20,000 bases of DNA from Chiloscyllium plagiosum (Eukaryota), in assembly GCF_004010195.1 (NCBI RefSeq), contig NC_057718.1:50958114-50978113 (forward strand), in the 5' to 3' direction. Under the pieces are notes generated by a model. The model was not told the origin of the DNA and searched no databases. It saw nothing but the letters and a program-made list of their open reading frames with translations. Below are positions 9,255 to 20,000 of this stretch, in pieces; position 1 is the first letter of the stretch; each line of letters opens with the position of its first letter. The position numbers and the translations under genes are program-made.

Positions 9255-9491
9255 CATGCACTGCCTCACAGTTAATGAACTTTCAAGGTGCTCTTTCATC
9301 TGCCAGCAGGCAGATACAGCAGTCAGATTGAACATGGCAATGTTCCACGTTAAATGGGCTTTTGAGGGAATAGTACTGAAGAGGACACCTGGAGACTCCT
9401 TCTGAATTGTGCCAAGGTATTTTTCGCTTCTGGCCAAACAGGCAGATGGGGCCTCATTTTAGCCACACATTTAGATGCTGGCATCTTTCAC
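9255..9491 (-). mobile_element. Old Deu-domain SINE (SacSINE1/AmnSINE1-related), partial and degenerate
   Basis: ggacacctggagactcc...gtgccaaggtattttt...aggcagatggggcctcatttta...ggcatct resembles the reverse complement of the recalled Deu domain (GGACACC...GTGCCATGGGATCTTTT...GGGCAGACGGGGCCTCGGTTTAA...GGCACCT). 9255-9350 resembles the adjoining 3' part. Confidence 0.65.
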
Positions 9492-10327
9492 TAAGGGCTC
9501 GACTTCACATCTGCACATCAGGTGTGTTGCACCTGCACCAATGTAAAATATGGGTGTGATGACAATGTGTTGGCAATACAGCATCATCCTGCCAGTCTCC
9601 CAAAGTTCCGAAGGTGAGCGGGAATGGAAATCTACAATCTACCTGCCATTTCAGAGGTGCTTTGAACAACCTATTGAGCTTATTAACACCTAAATAAATG
9701 TCCACAACATTTCATTGTCCACTGTATTCTCAGACATTGCACATGTAAAAAGTAGAGGTGGTTTATGGTAACTATGGCAAATGGATGGAAGAAAATGCCT
9801 ATTATTGTACATGATAGAAATGCCGGCATACAGTTTAATACATATATTTTTAAAATAATATTTTTGAGCCTGATTCTGAGAGCAGACGCTCTTTTAATTC
9901 CAACCATAACCAACTTCTTGTCTGCAGTATTGTCCCTCTGTCACATGATGACCCTGCCGAGACTGCTGATTGGCCCAGAGCTTCCTTTACACCTTATAAT
10001 TGGCATTCTATGAGCTGAAATTTCACAATGTTCTGTACAAAGAATCCAATAACCTGACAAAAGAGCTCCTGAAGAAGCAAGGAATAGCTTTAGACAAAGC
10101 AGTTTAGCTAAACAATGAAAGAAAACCAATAGAACATCAGACTGTGGGAATATCATGAATTACAAACAAGACGGTTAAATAATGTCAAACAAAAATCTGT
10201 AGTATTAGATTATTCAAAGTTTAAAGAGGAGAAAACAAAAGAAATTTTGGCTACTGAGAATTGCAGTAAAGCCATAGGAATTTATCTTCCTGTTAAGTAA
10301 AGAAGCAAACAAAACAGTGAAAATAAA

Positions 10328-10639
10328 GGCTAGGCCAGAATTTGTTGCTTATTTCTAATTGCCCAACGGGCAGCAATGAGACTAACCAAATTAGTCCTGG
10401 TTTTGCATGCAGATCAGTTCAGATAAGGATGCTAGGTTTTTTCCCCAATGGACAATAGCAAACCCTCAGTTGGATTTTTACAACAACCGACAATGGTCAC
10501 CATTAACCAAAGCTTTTTTTAATTTCAATTTTTCATTAAATTCAAATATCACTATCCACTATGGCTGGAGTTTTACCAGAATATTAGCTTTGGATTGCGA
10601 GTGCTGTGACATTACCAATACTACCATTACCACCTCCCC
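10328..10639 (-). mobile_element. Degenerate tRNA-derived SINE, same family as 17341-17672
   Basis: Reverse complement is colinear with the 17341 copy: head ggggaggtggtaatggtagtattggtaatgtcac, body aaaatccaactg...attgtccattggggaaaaaacc...catccttatctg, and tail gggcaattagaaataagcaacaaattctggcctagcc. Confidence 0.7.
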
Positions 10640-11216
10640 TTAGAGAAATGAACATTAAACAAATAAAAGAGGGGTATCAGATGCTGCCATTGATTAACTG
10701 CACGATGTAAACTACATATAACTGGGGAGAAGTGTATACCATGTTTGAACAGCATCAGAAGAGAGCAAAGAAAATTTCACATGAGTACATTTCATAGAGA
10801 CAGCTGTCCATAGCAGTCGGCAGCTGCCTCCACTCATGTCAGATTTTGCTGACCCAGGAGTATGAAATGTGCTGTGCATTAATTAGACCTGGCAGGAGCG
10901 AGTTTAAACTTTCTAGATTCATTTGGGTAGCCAGGGTCCTTCCTTGTCGAGATTGGCCTGGATTTTCGCCATGGATAGACAGCCTTTTCGGCATGGTGAA
11001 AAAGACACAGGAACCTGGAAATCACAAGTCCTGCCCATTTTTTAACTTCCCATTTTGTGTAAGTGGGAATGGAGTCAGCTCAAGATTTGAAATGCTTCAC
11101 AAAGTCAGCTGGCCATTTTAGTCATTAGTTGCCTTTACTCAAGTTCAACCTTGGCATCCTAGCAGTGTGAAACCAGAAGTCTGCAAACTCTACCTGGGAA
11201 GAGCAGGTCGAAACTT

Positions 11217-12415
11217 AAACATAGAAAATAGGAGCCTGAGTCGGTCATTCAACATTTCAATCCTGCTAAATCACTCATTATGATCATGACTGGTCATCCT
11301 ACTTAATAGCCTATTCCACCCATTTCCTTTAATCCCTTTTCTTTAAGTGCAATACACCCTACACGATCTTGAAATTATAAAATGTTTTGGCCTTGACTGT
11401 TTGCTATGGTGAGTTGACTATTCCCTGGGTGAAGAAATTTCTCATCTTGGTCCTAAATGGTTTACCCAACATCCCGAGATTCTGACCCCCGGTTCTGCAT
11501 TCCCTTGTCATTGGAAACATCCTTCTTGCATCTACCCTGTCTAGTCCTGTTTAAATTTTACCGATTTCTACGAAATATTCCTTCATTCTTCTGAACTCCA
11601 AATATAATCCTAACTGATTAAACCACTCCTCATATGCTAGTCCTGCTATCCTGGGAATTAAGCTGGTCAACCTTCACTACACTCCCTTTAAAGCAAGAGC
11701 ATCCTTTCTCAGGTAAGGATACTAAAACTGCACACAAATTCCAGTTATGATCTCACCAAGGCCCTGTCTAATTGCAGCAAGATATCCCCGTTCCTGCACC
11801 AAACTTCTCTCGCTATGGACAGCGAAATATCCTTGTCTTTGTTACTGCCTACTGCAACTGCAAGCTTACCTGAGTGACTGGTGGACAAGAACACCAAGCT
11901 CTCATGGCATATTCCTGTCACTTAAATTACAGCCAGTCCTGTCTTCCTGTTTTGCTACCAAAGTAGATGGCCTCATATTTATCCACGTTATACTGCATCT
12001 GTCATACATTTGCCCACTCACTCAGCCAGTCCAACTCATACTGAAGAATCTCTCCATCCTTCTCACAGCTCACCCTCCTATCCAAGTTTGTGCCATCTGC
12101 AAATTTAGAGATATTACATTTATTTTCCTTATCTAAATCATATATTACATATATAATATTAAAATAAATGTGTAAGTATCTGGGGTCCACACAATGATCC
12201 CTGCAATACCCTAGTGGTCACTGCCTGCCATTTATTCATAGTCTTTGTTTCCTGCCTGCCAAACAATTTTCTATTCATCTCTTTACATGACTCCCATTAT
12301 CATAAACTTCAATTTTATACACTAATCTCTTATGTGGGACTTCATCAAAAGCCTTCTGAAAGTTCAAATCAATCACATCCACTGACTTGGTTCATTTTCT
12401 TTGAAAGTTGCGAAT
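11217..12415 (-). mobile_element. Decayed CR1 LINE (RT to 3' UTR)
   Basis: Minus-strand VDVIDLNFQKAFDEVPH (about 12385-12335), ISKFADGTNL and LDWLSEWANVWQM. Tail ...ctcctattttctatgttt at about 11217-11240. Confidence 0.88.
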
Positions 12416-12586
12416 ACCTTTAGAGAGAAAAGGTACTCCTTTGAATACAGTCCCAGCACACCTTTGAAGAATGTCAGTGGAGCTTTGAGGTAGGTAAGAT
12501 GCCTTTGGAATGATTACCAGGTGAATGTGCATAAAGCGTGCACACATATATTCATTGTCAAATTCATTGGAGCTGCTATAACCATT

Positions 12587-12712
12587 TGTCAAAAATATCA
12601 AAAGCTCCTGTCAAAAGAACCCCTCAAAAATGTCGACAGGAATTGTCAAATTAAGTTGCCAAAATTGTCATGAGGCCATGTCAAAAGTAACTGTAAAAGG
12701 GATCTGTCAAGG
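12587..12712. repeat. Degenerate tandem array of TGTCAAAA-type units with 9/13/13-bp spacing (35-bp higher-order period)
   Basis: Unit starts at 12587, 12596, 12609, 12622, 12631, 12644, 12657, 12666, 12679, 12692 and 12705. Confidence 0.75.
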
Positions 12713-13320
12713 TACTTAAAATTCTGCCTTTTAGACTTCTGAGAAAAAAGGCGTGGGGTTAAAGAAATGACACATGGCTTGCCACTTCACTGCCTTTTGA
12801 CATAATCCTGTATGTTGCATTCATGGATTATCTCCATACAATTGATTTCACAACCGTTCATTATTACAGGGGAACGCCTGCCACATCAGAGCTTGATTGA
12901 TAGAACCAACAAGTTAAAAAGAAAACTTTTGAAGTGGGACTACAACCTAAATAAATTCCAATGTTTGCTATGATAATGGATCTAGCACTTCAATGAAATG
13001 TTTGTTCCTACAAGGCATTATTCAGTTGATGGAATTCAAGTAGAGAAAATGGATTTCATTAATGACAGTGCTCTTTTTTCCCATACTGAAATTTGCAATG
13101 TTTACTTAAAATTTTATTTAATAGAATGTTATTTTATCCCATCACTGCAAGACTCCTAATATCTTGCAATGGTAGATACTGTATGAATTTTCATTGTTGG
13201 TATAGGGCAAAGGGAAATAGCAGGGAGAGGCATATGTTGGAACTAAATCATCATATGTTGGCATAGAGACTATAAAGGGCTGGGGTGATTACTGAAGCAT
13301 AAGGTGGCAAGGAAGGTGTA

Positions 13321-13348
13321 AAGGAGTTAAGGAGTTAAGGGGTTAAGG
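13321..13348. repeat. Short 8-bp tandem repeat (aaggRgtt) x3.5
   Basis: aaggagtt aaggagtt aaggggtt aagg. Confidence 0.7.
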
Positions 13349-14254
13349 AAGGTGAAGAGGCATAACATGAGATTAGTTGCCGTGTAATGTGTCAGAGGTG
13401 AGGGGATGTTTTATTGGTTTTGGCTGAAACTTCAACGAAATGCTGCTGCACCTTCTATCTGATCCACCTCTTCAACAGCCTCCACTCTCGGTCTGGGTCC
13501 ATTCAGCATCTGTGCTAATCGAGATACTTTCCCCACTGACTGAAAATCAGACAGCAGGGAGTGATTTTGTAAAGGCCATGGAGTTTATGGAGTTAGTAAT
13601 TCTCCCAACTCTGTGCACCCCAACTTTGGCTCATAATCCTGACCAAAAAATACCCCTTTGGGTATGGTGCCAGGACACAGTAGGCAGGGGTATGGCATTC
13701 TGTTTTGGATTGTTAAAATGAATGTGGGAGTCCATGCTGCTGAAAGTATCAGATAATCCTGGTCAAGGTTACAGCGAAAACAATTGGTAAGTTCACCGCC
13801 AAACTGCTCATTCCCTCAACCCGTCAACAATGCATTAGACACAATGAACCCACCTCCTCAGTCCTTTTCTTCATTATTATTCAGATTTTTAGCACAAGGG
13901 CTTCATCAATTGTCTATTGCTGAGCAGCTGGAATGGTACAAAGTGAAGAGCTAGTCACGAATTGCACTAAATTAGGGAGGTTTGGATAAGACCAGGGGGC
14001 AAAGCTGCCCATCACATTAGTGTGGCTCCCTGACCAAATGGCTACAGCTGGCAAATGGATTTGACTGAGAGTTTGAGGCTCAGTGGCAATAAATGGCAAC
14101 ACACTCTGCTTCCCTTTAACTGATCAACAACAGCCATCACTAGAAACCCTTGCCGTTCTTTCAAAATTCAAACCTTCCTCTCAAATAAACTTTTAATGAC
14201 CCCGATTAAGTGAATCAATTGACCTTAATCAGAAAGGAAACATGATTGCTGAAC

Positions 14255-14666
14255 CTTCCATTCTCCCTGCCTCAGACTGAGGATGAACCAGGCCATTTGC
14301 AAACATGGTTTAGACCGAAGAGATGAGCTTCAAACTATATACCACTTCAATCACTAATCACTGGTACCCCCACTTCCATAAACTTGCCCGATTCCCCAAA
14401 TCTTACAAATGAAATCCTCAGCAATTCTTTATTACTTTTAAACATAGCCATGATGAAAAAAATCTTGACTAGCCTCCTCTGCCCATCAGAAACTTGAGGT
14501 AGTCCAAACTTCTGTTGCCCAGGAATGCATTCAGACCAAATACAATTTGCTCTCAAGCCCAGTGCTCAGTGACTGACAACTTCCCAGTTAAGCAATACCT
14601 CAATTTTCAAATCTTTAACCCCATTTCCATAATTTCATTATTCCCCTTCTCTGTAAAGCCCACAAT
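14255..14666 (+). mobile_element. Ancient L2-clade LINE fragment (left part), interrupted by CR1
   Basis: Degenerate codons resembling L2 ORF2: (L)RMNQ...EMSFKLY...SIT, and FPVKQYLNFQI versus the L2 motif HWLPVKQRxxFKI. Confidence 0.6.
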
Positions 14667-16428
14667 TAGAGTAATAGAGTCATACAGATGTACAGCATGG
14701 AAACAGACCCTTCGGTTGAACCCGTCCATGCCGATCAGATACCCCAACCCAATCTAGTCCCACCTGCCAGCACCCGGCTCATATCCCTCAAATGTCTCTT
14801 ATATGTTGCAATTGTACCAGCCTCCACCACATCCTCTGGCAGCTCATTCCATACACGTACCACCCTCTAAATGAAAACTTTGCCCCTTAGGTCTCTTTTA
14901 TATCTTTCCCCTCTCACCCTAAACCTATGCCCTCTAGTTCTGGACTCCCCGACCCGAGGGAAAAGACTTTGTCTATTTATCCTATCCATGCACCTCATGA
15001 TTTTGTAAACCTCTATAAGGTCACCCCTCAGCCTCCGACGCTCCAAGGAAAACAGCATCAGCCTGTTCAGNNNNNNNNNNNNNNNNNNNNNNNNNNNNNN
15101 NNNNNNNNNNNNNNNNNNNNNNNNNNNNNNNNNNNNNNNNNNNNNNNNNNNNNNNNNNNNNNNNNNNNNNNNNNNNNNNNNNNNNNNNNNTCCATCTGCC
15201 ACTTCTCAGCCCATTGGCCCATCTGGTCCAGATCCTGTTGTAATCTGAGGTAACCCTCTTCGCTGTCCACTACACCTCCAATTTTGGTGTCATCTGCAAA
15301 CTTACTAACTGTACCTCTTATGCTCCCATCTAAATCATTTATGTAAATGACAAAAAGTAGAGGACCCAGCACCGATCCTTGTGGCACTCCACTGGTTACA
15401 GGCCTCCAGTCTGAAAAACAAGCCTCTACCACCACCCTCAGTCTTCTGCCTTTCAATCGTTCTGTATCCAAATGGCCAATTCTTCCTGTATCCCATGAGA
15501 TCTAACCTTGCTAATCAGTCTCCCATGGGGAACCTTGTTGAACGCCTTACTGAAGTCCATATAGATCACATCTACTGCTCTGCCCTCATCAATCTTCTTT
15601 GTTACTTCTTTAAAAAACTCTATCAAGTTTGTGAGACATGATTTCCCACGAACAAAGCCATGTTGACTATCCCTAATCAGTCCTTGCCTTTCCAAATACA
15701 TGTACATCCTGTCCCTCTGGATTCCCTCCAATAACTTGCCCACCACTGAGGTCAGGGTCACCGGTCTATAGTTCCCTGGCTTGTCTTTACCGCTCTTCTT
15801 AAACAGTGGCACCACGTTTGCCAACCTCCTGTGACTATCGATGATACAAATATCTTAGCAAGAGGCACAGCAATCACTTCTCTAGTTTCCCACAGAGTTC
15901 TCGGGTACACCTGATCAGGTCCTGGGGATTTATCCACCTTTAACCATTTCAAGACATCCAGCACTTCCTCCTCTGTAATCTGGACATTTTGCAAGATGTC
16001 ACCATCTATTTCCCTACAGTCTATATCTACCATATCCTTTTCCACAGTAAATACTGATGCAAAATATTCATTTAGTATCTCCCCCATTTTCTGTGGCTCC
16101 ACACAAAGGCCGCCTTGCTTATCTTTGAGAGGCCCAATTCTCTCCCTAGTTACTCTTTTGCCTTTAATATATTTGTAAAAACCCTTTGGATTCTCCTTAA
16201 TTCTATTTGCCAAAGCTATCTCATGTCCCCGTTTAGCCCTCCTAATTTCCCTCTTAAGTATACTCCTACTTCCTTTATACTCTTCTAAGGATTCACTCGA
16301 TCTATCCCGTCTATACCTGACATTTGCTTCCTTCTTTTTCTTAACCAAGCCCTCCATTTCTTTAGTCATCCAGCATTCCCTATACCTACCAGTCTTCCCT
16401 TTCACCCTGACAGGAATATACTTTCTCT
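14667..16428 (-). mobile_element. Relatively young 5'-truncated CR1/HER1-type LINE with reverse transcriptase domain (pseudogenised)
   Basis: Successive ORFs give KSPGPDQVYPR, ANVVPLFKK...PGNYRPVTLTSVVGKLLE, SQHGFVRGKSCLTNL, YMDFSKAFNKVPH, GVPQGSVLGPLLFVIYINDLD, KFADDTKIGG and RRLRGDLIEVYKIM. There are frameshifts and small deletions between them. Tail ...ctgtatgactctattactcta. Confidence 0.96.
15071..15190. other. Assembly gap (N run)
   Basis: 120 Ns inside the CR1. Confidence 1.
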
Positions 16429-16540
16429 GTGAGATGTTAGTGCATCCCTAAACTCTTGAGTCTCACCAAAATTTTAATCATTCCAATGTTGGAGGCTAGG
16501 CTTTCATATTCTAAGTGCTTGAAGTCACTGCCAAAACCTT
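16425..16540 (+). mobile_element. Ancient L2-clade LINE fragment (right part, continuation after the CR1)
   Basis: gagat...ctcttgag...ttttaatcattccaatgttggaggctaggctttca...gaagtcactgccaaaacc resembles the L2 end (RxLRS...LL...xIGGRAFS...WNSLP). Colinear with 14255-14666. Confidence 0.55.
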
Positions 16541-17340
16541 AGAAAAAGATGGATTCCAGCTAGGGCTAGGCAATGCATGCCAACAATACTCACAGCCCAA
16601 TGATGCCTAACAATACACGTTGGAATTACTTTGATCCAAAATTATTTCCCAAAACATTGCATAATATGAGTATATTGAGAATGCTGAATCCATAAATGAC
16701 ATCATTGCCCAGAGAAGAACATAATGTTACACTGCAGAAAAATCCTAGAAATCACTAGAATCATAATTTGCAACTTTTGTTTTCTTTTTTCCAATCTCAG
16801 ATGCCTTAAGTTTCTGAATAGTTCAGAATTTACAATAGCATCAACAAGCACTTTGAAATCTTTAAGGTCAAAACACCCACGAGCAAAAGCAAGCAAAATA
16901 GTCTCCAAAAGCTTTAAAATGCTTTGTGAATCTCTCAAGATCCAATAAACATTTAAAATTATTACCTGAAGACTTGAATCACTTGTAGTTGGTGTGCAGA
17001 AACATGAAGCAACATTAGGGACAGATCCAACAGATGCCAGTTTTGTAAAGTCACACTTTACCCCCCATTTAAATATTTTCATGTAGCTCATGCCTGATGA
17101 AGATTTCCAACTGCCGGGAATTGGGTCTGGAATTAAAAGGGCATAATGGTCACCAACCCACTGATTAAAAAATGGGGAGAGCGTGGGATTTCATCCATGA
17201 TACTTACAGCTGCTTTACATCAATTTAAAGCTGGGAGCATTACTCATTGCTTAAGATGAGACTTCTGGCTGTTCATCAGTAGCAAGTCTTGCCTTAGGTA
17301 GCTACTATCAACTGAATTGTTAATAGCTCTCTTGTCCCAA

Positions 17341-17672
17341 GAAGGTAATGACTTAGTAGTATTATCACTGGACTGTTAAGAGACCTAGGCAATGTTTGGG
17401 GAGCCAGGATCAAATCCCACCATGGCAGATGGTGAAATTCATTGCATATCTGCAGTTAAGAGTCTCATGATGGCTGTGAATCTATTGTCGATTATCAGAA
17501 AAACCCACCTGGTTCATTAATGTCTTTTAGGGAAGGAAACTGCCATCCTTACCTGTTGTGGCTTACATGTGACTCCAGATCCACAGCAATGTGGTTGACG
17601 CTTAACTGTCCTCTTGGCAATAAATACTGGCTCAGCCAATGATGCCTTCATCCCGTGAATGAACTTAAAAAA
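17341..17672 (+). mobile_element. tRNA-derived SINE (non-HE1 family), near full length
   Basis: Degenerate A box (tgacttagtag), B box ggatcaaatccc, body aaaacccacctggttcattaatgtcttttagggaaggaaactgccatccttacctg...catgtgactccaga, LINE-like tail shared with 826-880, A-rich end. Confidence 0.82.
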
Positions 17673-17798
17673 GCACCACTCGAAAGGATGGCCATTCTAC
17701 GATGACATGATGGGAACCCAGGTATGTCAAGGGTCAGGGAACTCAGTGAGGGGAAGAGAGTGGAAGGTGGGGCCAGGACTAGACGGAAGGATGACCTT

Positions 17799-17846
17799 GG
17801 GGGTGGCGGTGGGGGGGTGGGTGGAGGGGGGTTGGGGGTCGTGGGG
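17799..17846 (+). other. G-rich tract with G-quadruplex potential
   Basis: Six G runs of 3 or more: 17799-17803, 17811-17817, 17819-17821, 17826-17831, 17834-17838, 17843-17846. Confidence 0.6.
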
Positions 17847-18677
17847 CAGAAGTTCCAGAAATAGCTCCAGGAAATTCACAAAGGAGGTTCCCGCCACCTC
17901 ACTTCTCCTAACTCAAACTACACAACTTCCTGATGGGCCTCCTGTATTGTGTGGGTTGTCTCCTGGCATGGGTCAAACACTGTCAGAAATATGATGAAGC
18001 CCTTAAGAGGCCTGTTAAAGGGTCCAATTGGTGGATGTGCCACTATCATAACCCCCAAAACATTTCAGATGGGTCAAGGTCAGGGTCAAGCGAGTACATG
18101 GTAGGTAACTCTCCCACTGAAATTTACATGCTTTCCTGCCTTCAACTGCACCAGCCCAGGCCCATCAGACCTCGCTTTAGGTGCCTGGAAAATGAAGTTA
18201 CCTTTGTTTTTACGATACACATCATTTTCCAGAAGATGAAGGCTGGCTTTTAAGCTCTTGGGCTGGCACATTTGAAGGTGGGGAAGCACATAACATTCAG
18301 TGAGTGATTTACTTTTGCTTTCACAGTTCACTTCATTTTCCACATGTTATCATAACGTATTAAAGTGCAAACAGTGGAGTAAAGCGAGGAAAACTGGATT
18401 ACATAGACATAAATAATCAGCGAAACAACCGAGAAATGAATTCCTGAATTCACACTGAAGAATGCAGCAAACACATGATACAATGCATTATCATTACCAT
18501 CTAACAGAGATTCCAGACAAGCACATGAGAAGATATTTAGTAAACTTCTTGGGGACCTGATTGATATGTTCCAGAAAGGCTTGCTTCAAAAACTAAAGTT
18601 TCGACATGTAGCATTGTATGGATCATTAATTTCAAGAATTACTGAAATTCTCACATATGGATATCATAGCTGAAAGG

Positions 18678-19088
18678 AAAGGCTAGAGGAGCAGCAGAGG
18701 CTGAGGGGAGACTCGATAGAAGTCCATGAAATTATGAGATGCACAGATAGGATTGACAGTCAGGATCTATTTCCCCCAGAGTTGAAATGTCTAATACTAA
18801 GGGGCATTCATTTCAGGTGAGAGGGGGAAAGTTCAAAGGAGAAGTGAAGTGCAAAGTTCTTACACAGAGAGGTCAGTGTCTCGACCGTGCTGCCAGGGTG
18901 GTGGTGGAGGCAGATACGATAGTGGCATTGAAGAGGCTTTTAGATAAGCACATGAATATGTATAGAATGGAGGGAAATGGATCAAGGGCAGGCAGAAGGT
19001 ATTTAATTTGGCCTCATGTTTGGCACAACATCATAGGCCAAATGGTCTGTTTCTGTGCTATACTGTTCTATGCTGTATATTCTATATT
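18678..19088 (+). mobile_element. CR1 LINE 5'-truncated 3' end
   Basis: QRLRGDSIEVHEIMR, TKGHSFQVRGGKFKG and VVEADTIVALKRLLDKHM. Tail ggccaaatggtctgtttctgtgctatactgttctatg. Confidence 0.9.
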
Positions 19089-19609
19089 GCAGAATTATAA
19101 ATAATGTATGTGAAAACAGAATCATAAAAGATACCATTCAATTCAGCTTTGTTGGTGACATTTACCAAGAGGGATTAAGTCTACTCCCACTCTTCACTTC
19201 TAATACACCTTAATATTCTTTTTGCCAATCTATCTCAATCCCTTTGAAGATAGGTTATGGTCTCTGCTCCTGTATTAATTTCACATTTTTGCCACACTCT
19301 GCATGAAAAGAAATGCTTCAAGTTTTTTGTTCTTTCTGTCTTTATTATAAATTTGCTCCTTCTACTTCTTTTGTCACCAACCAGCAAGAATAGTCAATCA
19401 GTACTCACTTTCTAATAGCTGTTCAATATTATGAAGACTTTTTCATGTCACCTAATAAGCTCCCATTTTTCAATATCGTTTATAACTGTATTGCCTCATT
19501 CCTAAACACGTCTGTAAAATTACACTCTTCTATTTTCCTACCTTATAATAGGTTGTCAAAAACATAATATGCTGACTGTAGTTACTAAACTATTGTACAC
19601 ATTTAATAT

Positions 19610-20000
19610 TAGAACATAGAACAGTACAGCACAGAACAGGCCCTTCAGTCCACGATGTTGTGCCGGCCACTGATCCTCATGTATGCACCCTCAAATTTCT
19701 GTGACCATATGCATGTCCAGGAGTCTCTTAAATGTCCCCAATGACCCTGCCTCCACAACTGCTGCTGGCAACGCATTCCATGCTCTCACAACTCTCTGTG
19801 TAAAGAACCCACCTCTGACATCCCCTCTTTACTTTCCTCCAACCAGCTTAAAACTATGACCCCTCATGTTAGTCATTTCTACCCTGGGAAATAGTCGCTG
19901 GCTATCGACTATCTATGCCTCTCATTACCTTTTATACCTCAATTAGGTCCCCTCTTCTCCTCCTTTTCTCCAACGAGCTCAGTCAACCTCTCTTCATAAG
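19610..20000 (-). mobile_element. CR1 LINE 3' end, runs off the window end
   Basis: Tail tagaacatagaacagtacagcacagaacaggcccttc on the + strand. Minus-strand codons RRGDLIEV...FFTQRVVRAWNALPAAVVEAGSLGTFKRLLD. Confidence 0.92.

Noticed and set aside
11860..11875. Other minus-strand CAG|GTAAG donor-like motifs (also about 17548-17556)
   Set aside because: They lie inside CR1/SINE sequence and lack a strong adjacent pyrimidine tract or a sensible exon.
12587..12712. CRISPR-like array
   Set aside because: Units are only 9-13 bp and degenerate, the context is a vertebrate intron, and there are no cas genes.
15067..16405. Active reverse transcriptase gene
   Set aside because: 5'-truncated with no endonuclease domain, split over several frames by frameshifts and deletions; a dead CR1 copy.
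16702..17091. 129-aa minus-strand ORF with an internal CAG|GTAATA
   Set aside because: No recognisable domain or neurexin similarity, and no convincing acceptor; likely a chance ORF in AT-rich DNA.
2015..20000. Upstream neurexin exon (…WPPNDRPSTRADRLA…GDYLELHI)
   Set aside because: No matching codons seen by eye or in the ORF track; presumed outside the window.

Overview
Eukaryotic, intron-dominated vertebrate DNA. The repeat content (HE1-type V-SINEs, CR1/HER1-type LINEs, a Deu-domain SINE, Penelope-derived fragments) points to a cartilaginous fish, probably a shark (inference). The only supportable host coding sequence is one 172-bp minus-strand neurexin exon (1843-2014, closest to NRXN1). 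It encodes part of the LNS6 domain and ends exactly at the splice-site-4 (SS4) insertion point. I did not find either neighbouring exon, so 2015-20000 appears to be part of one upstream intron of more than 18 kb. The remainder is decayed CR1 and L2 LINEs, three SINE families, Penelope-like palindromic fragments with hammerhead-ribozyme remnants, and two N gaps. The best leads are on the neurexin sense strand: a candidate recursive splice site (3497/3496) and a candidate in-frame 12-nt microexon (8205-8216). Also notable are a TSD-flanked hammerhead-core insert (8757-8871) and a phased TGTCA array with a 9+13+13 bp period (12587-12712). Repeat family names come from recalled consensus sequences, not from a database search.
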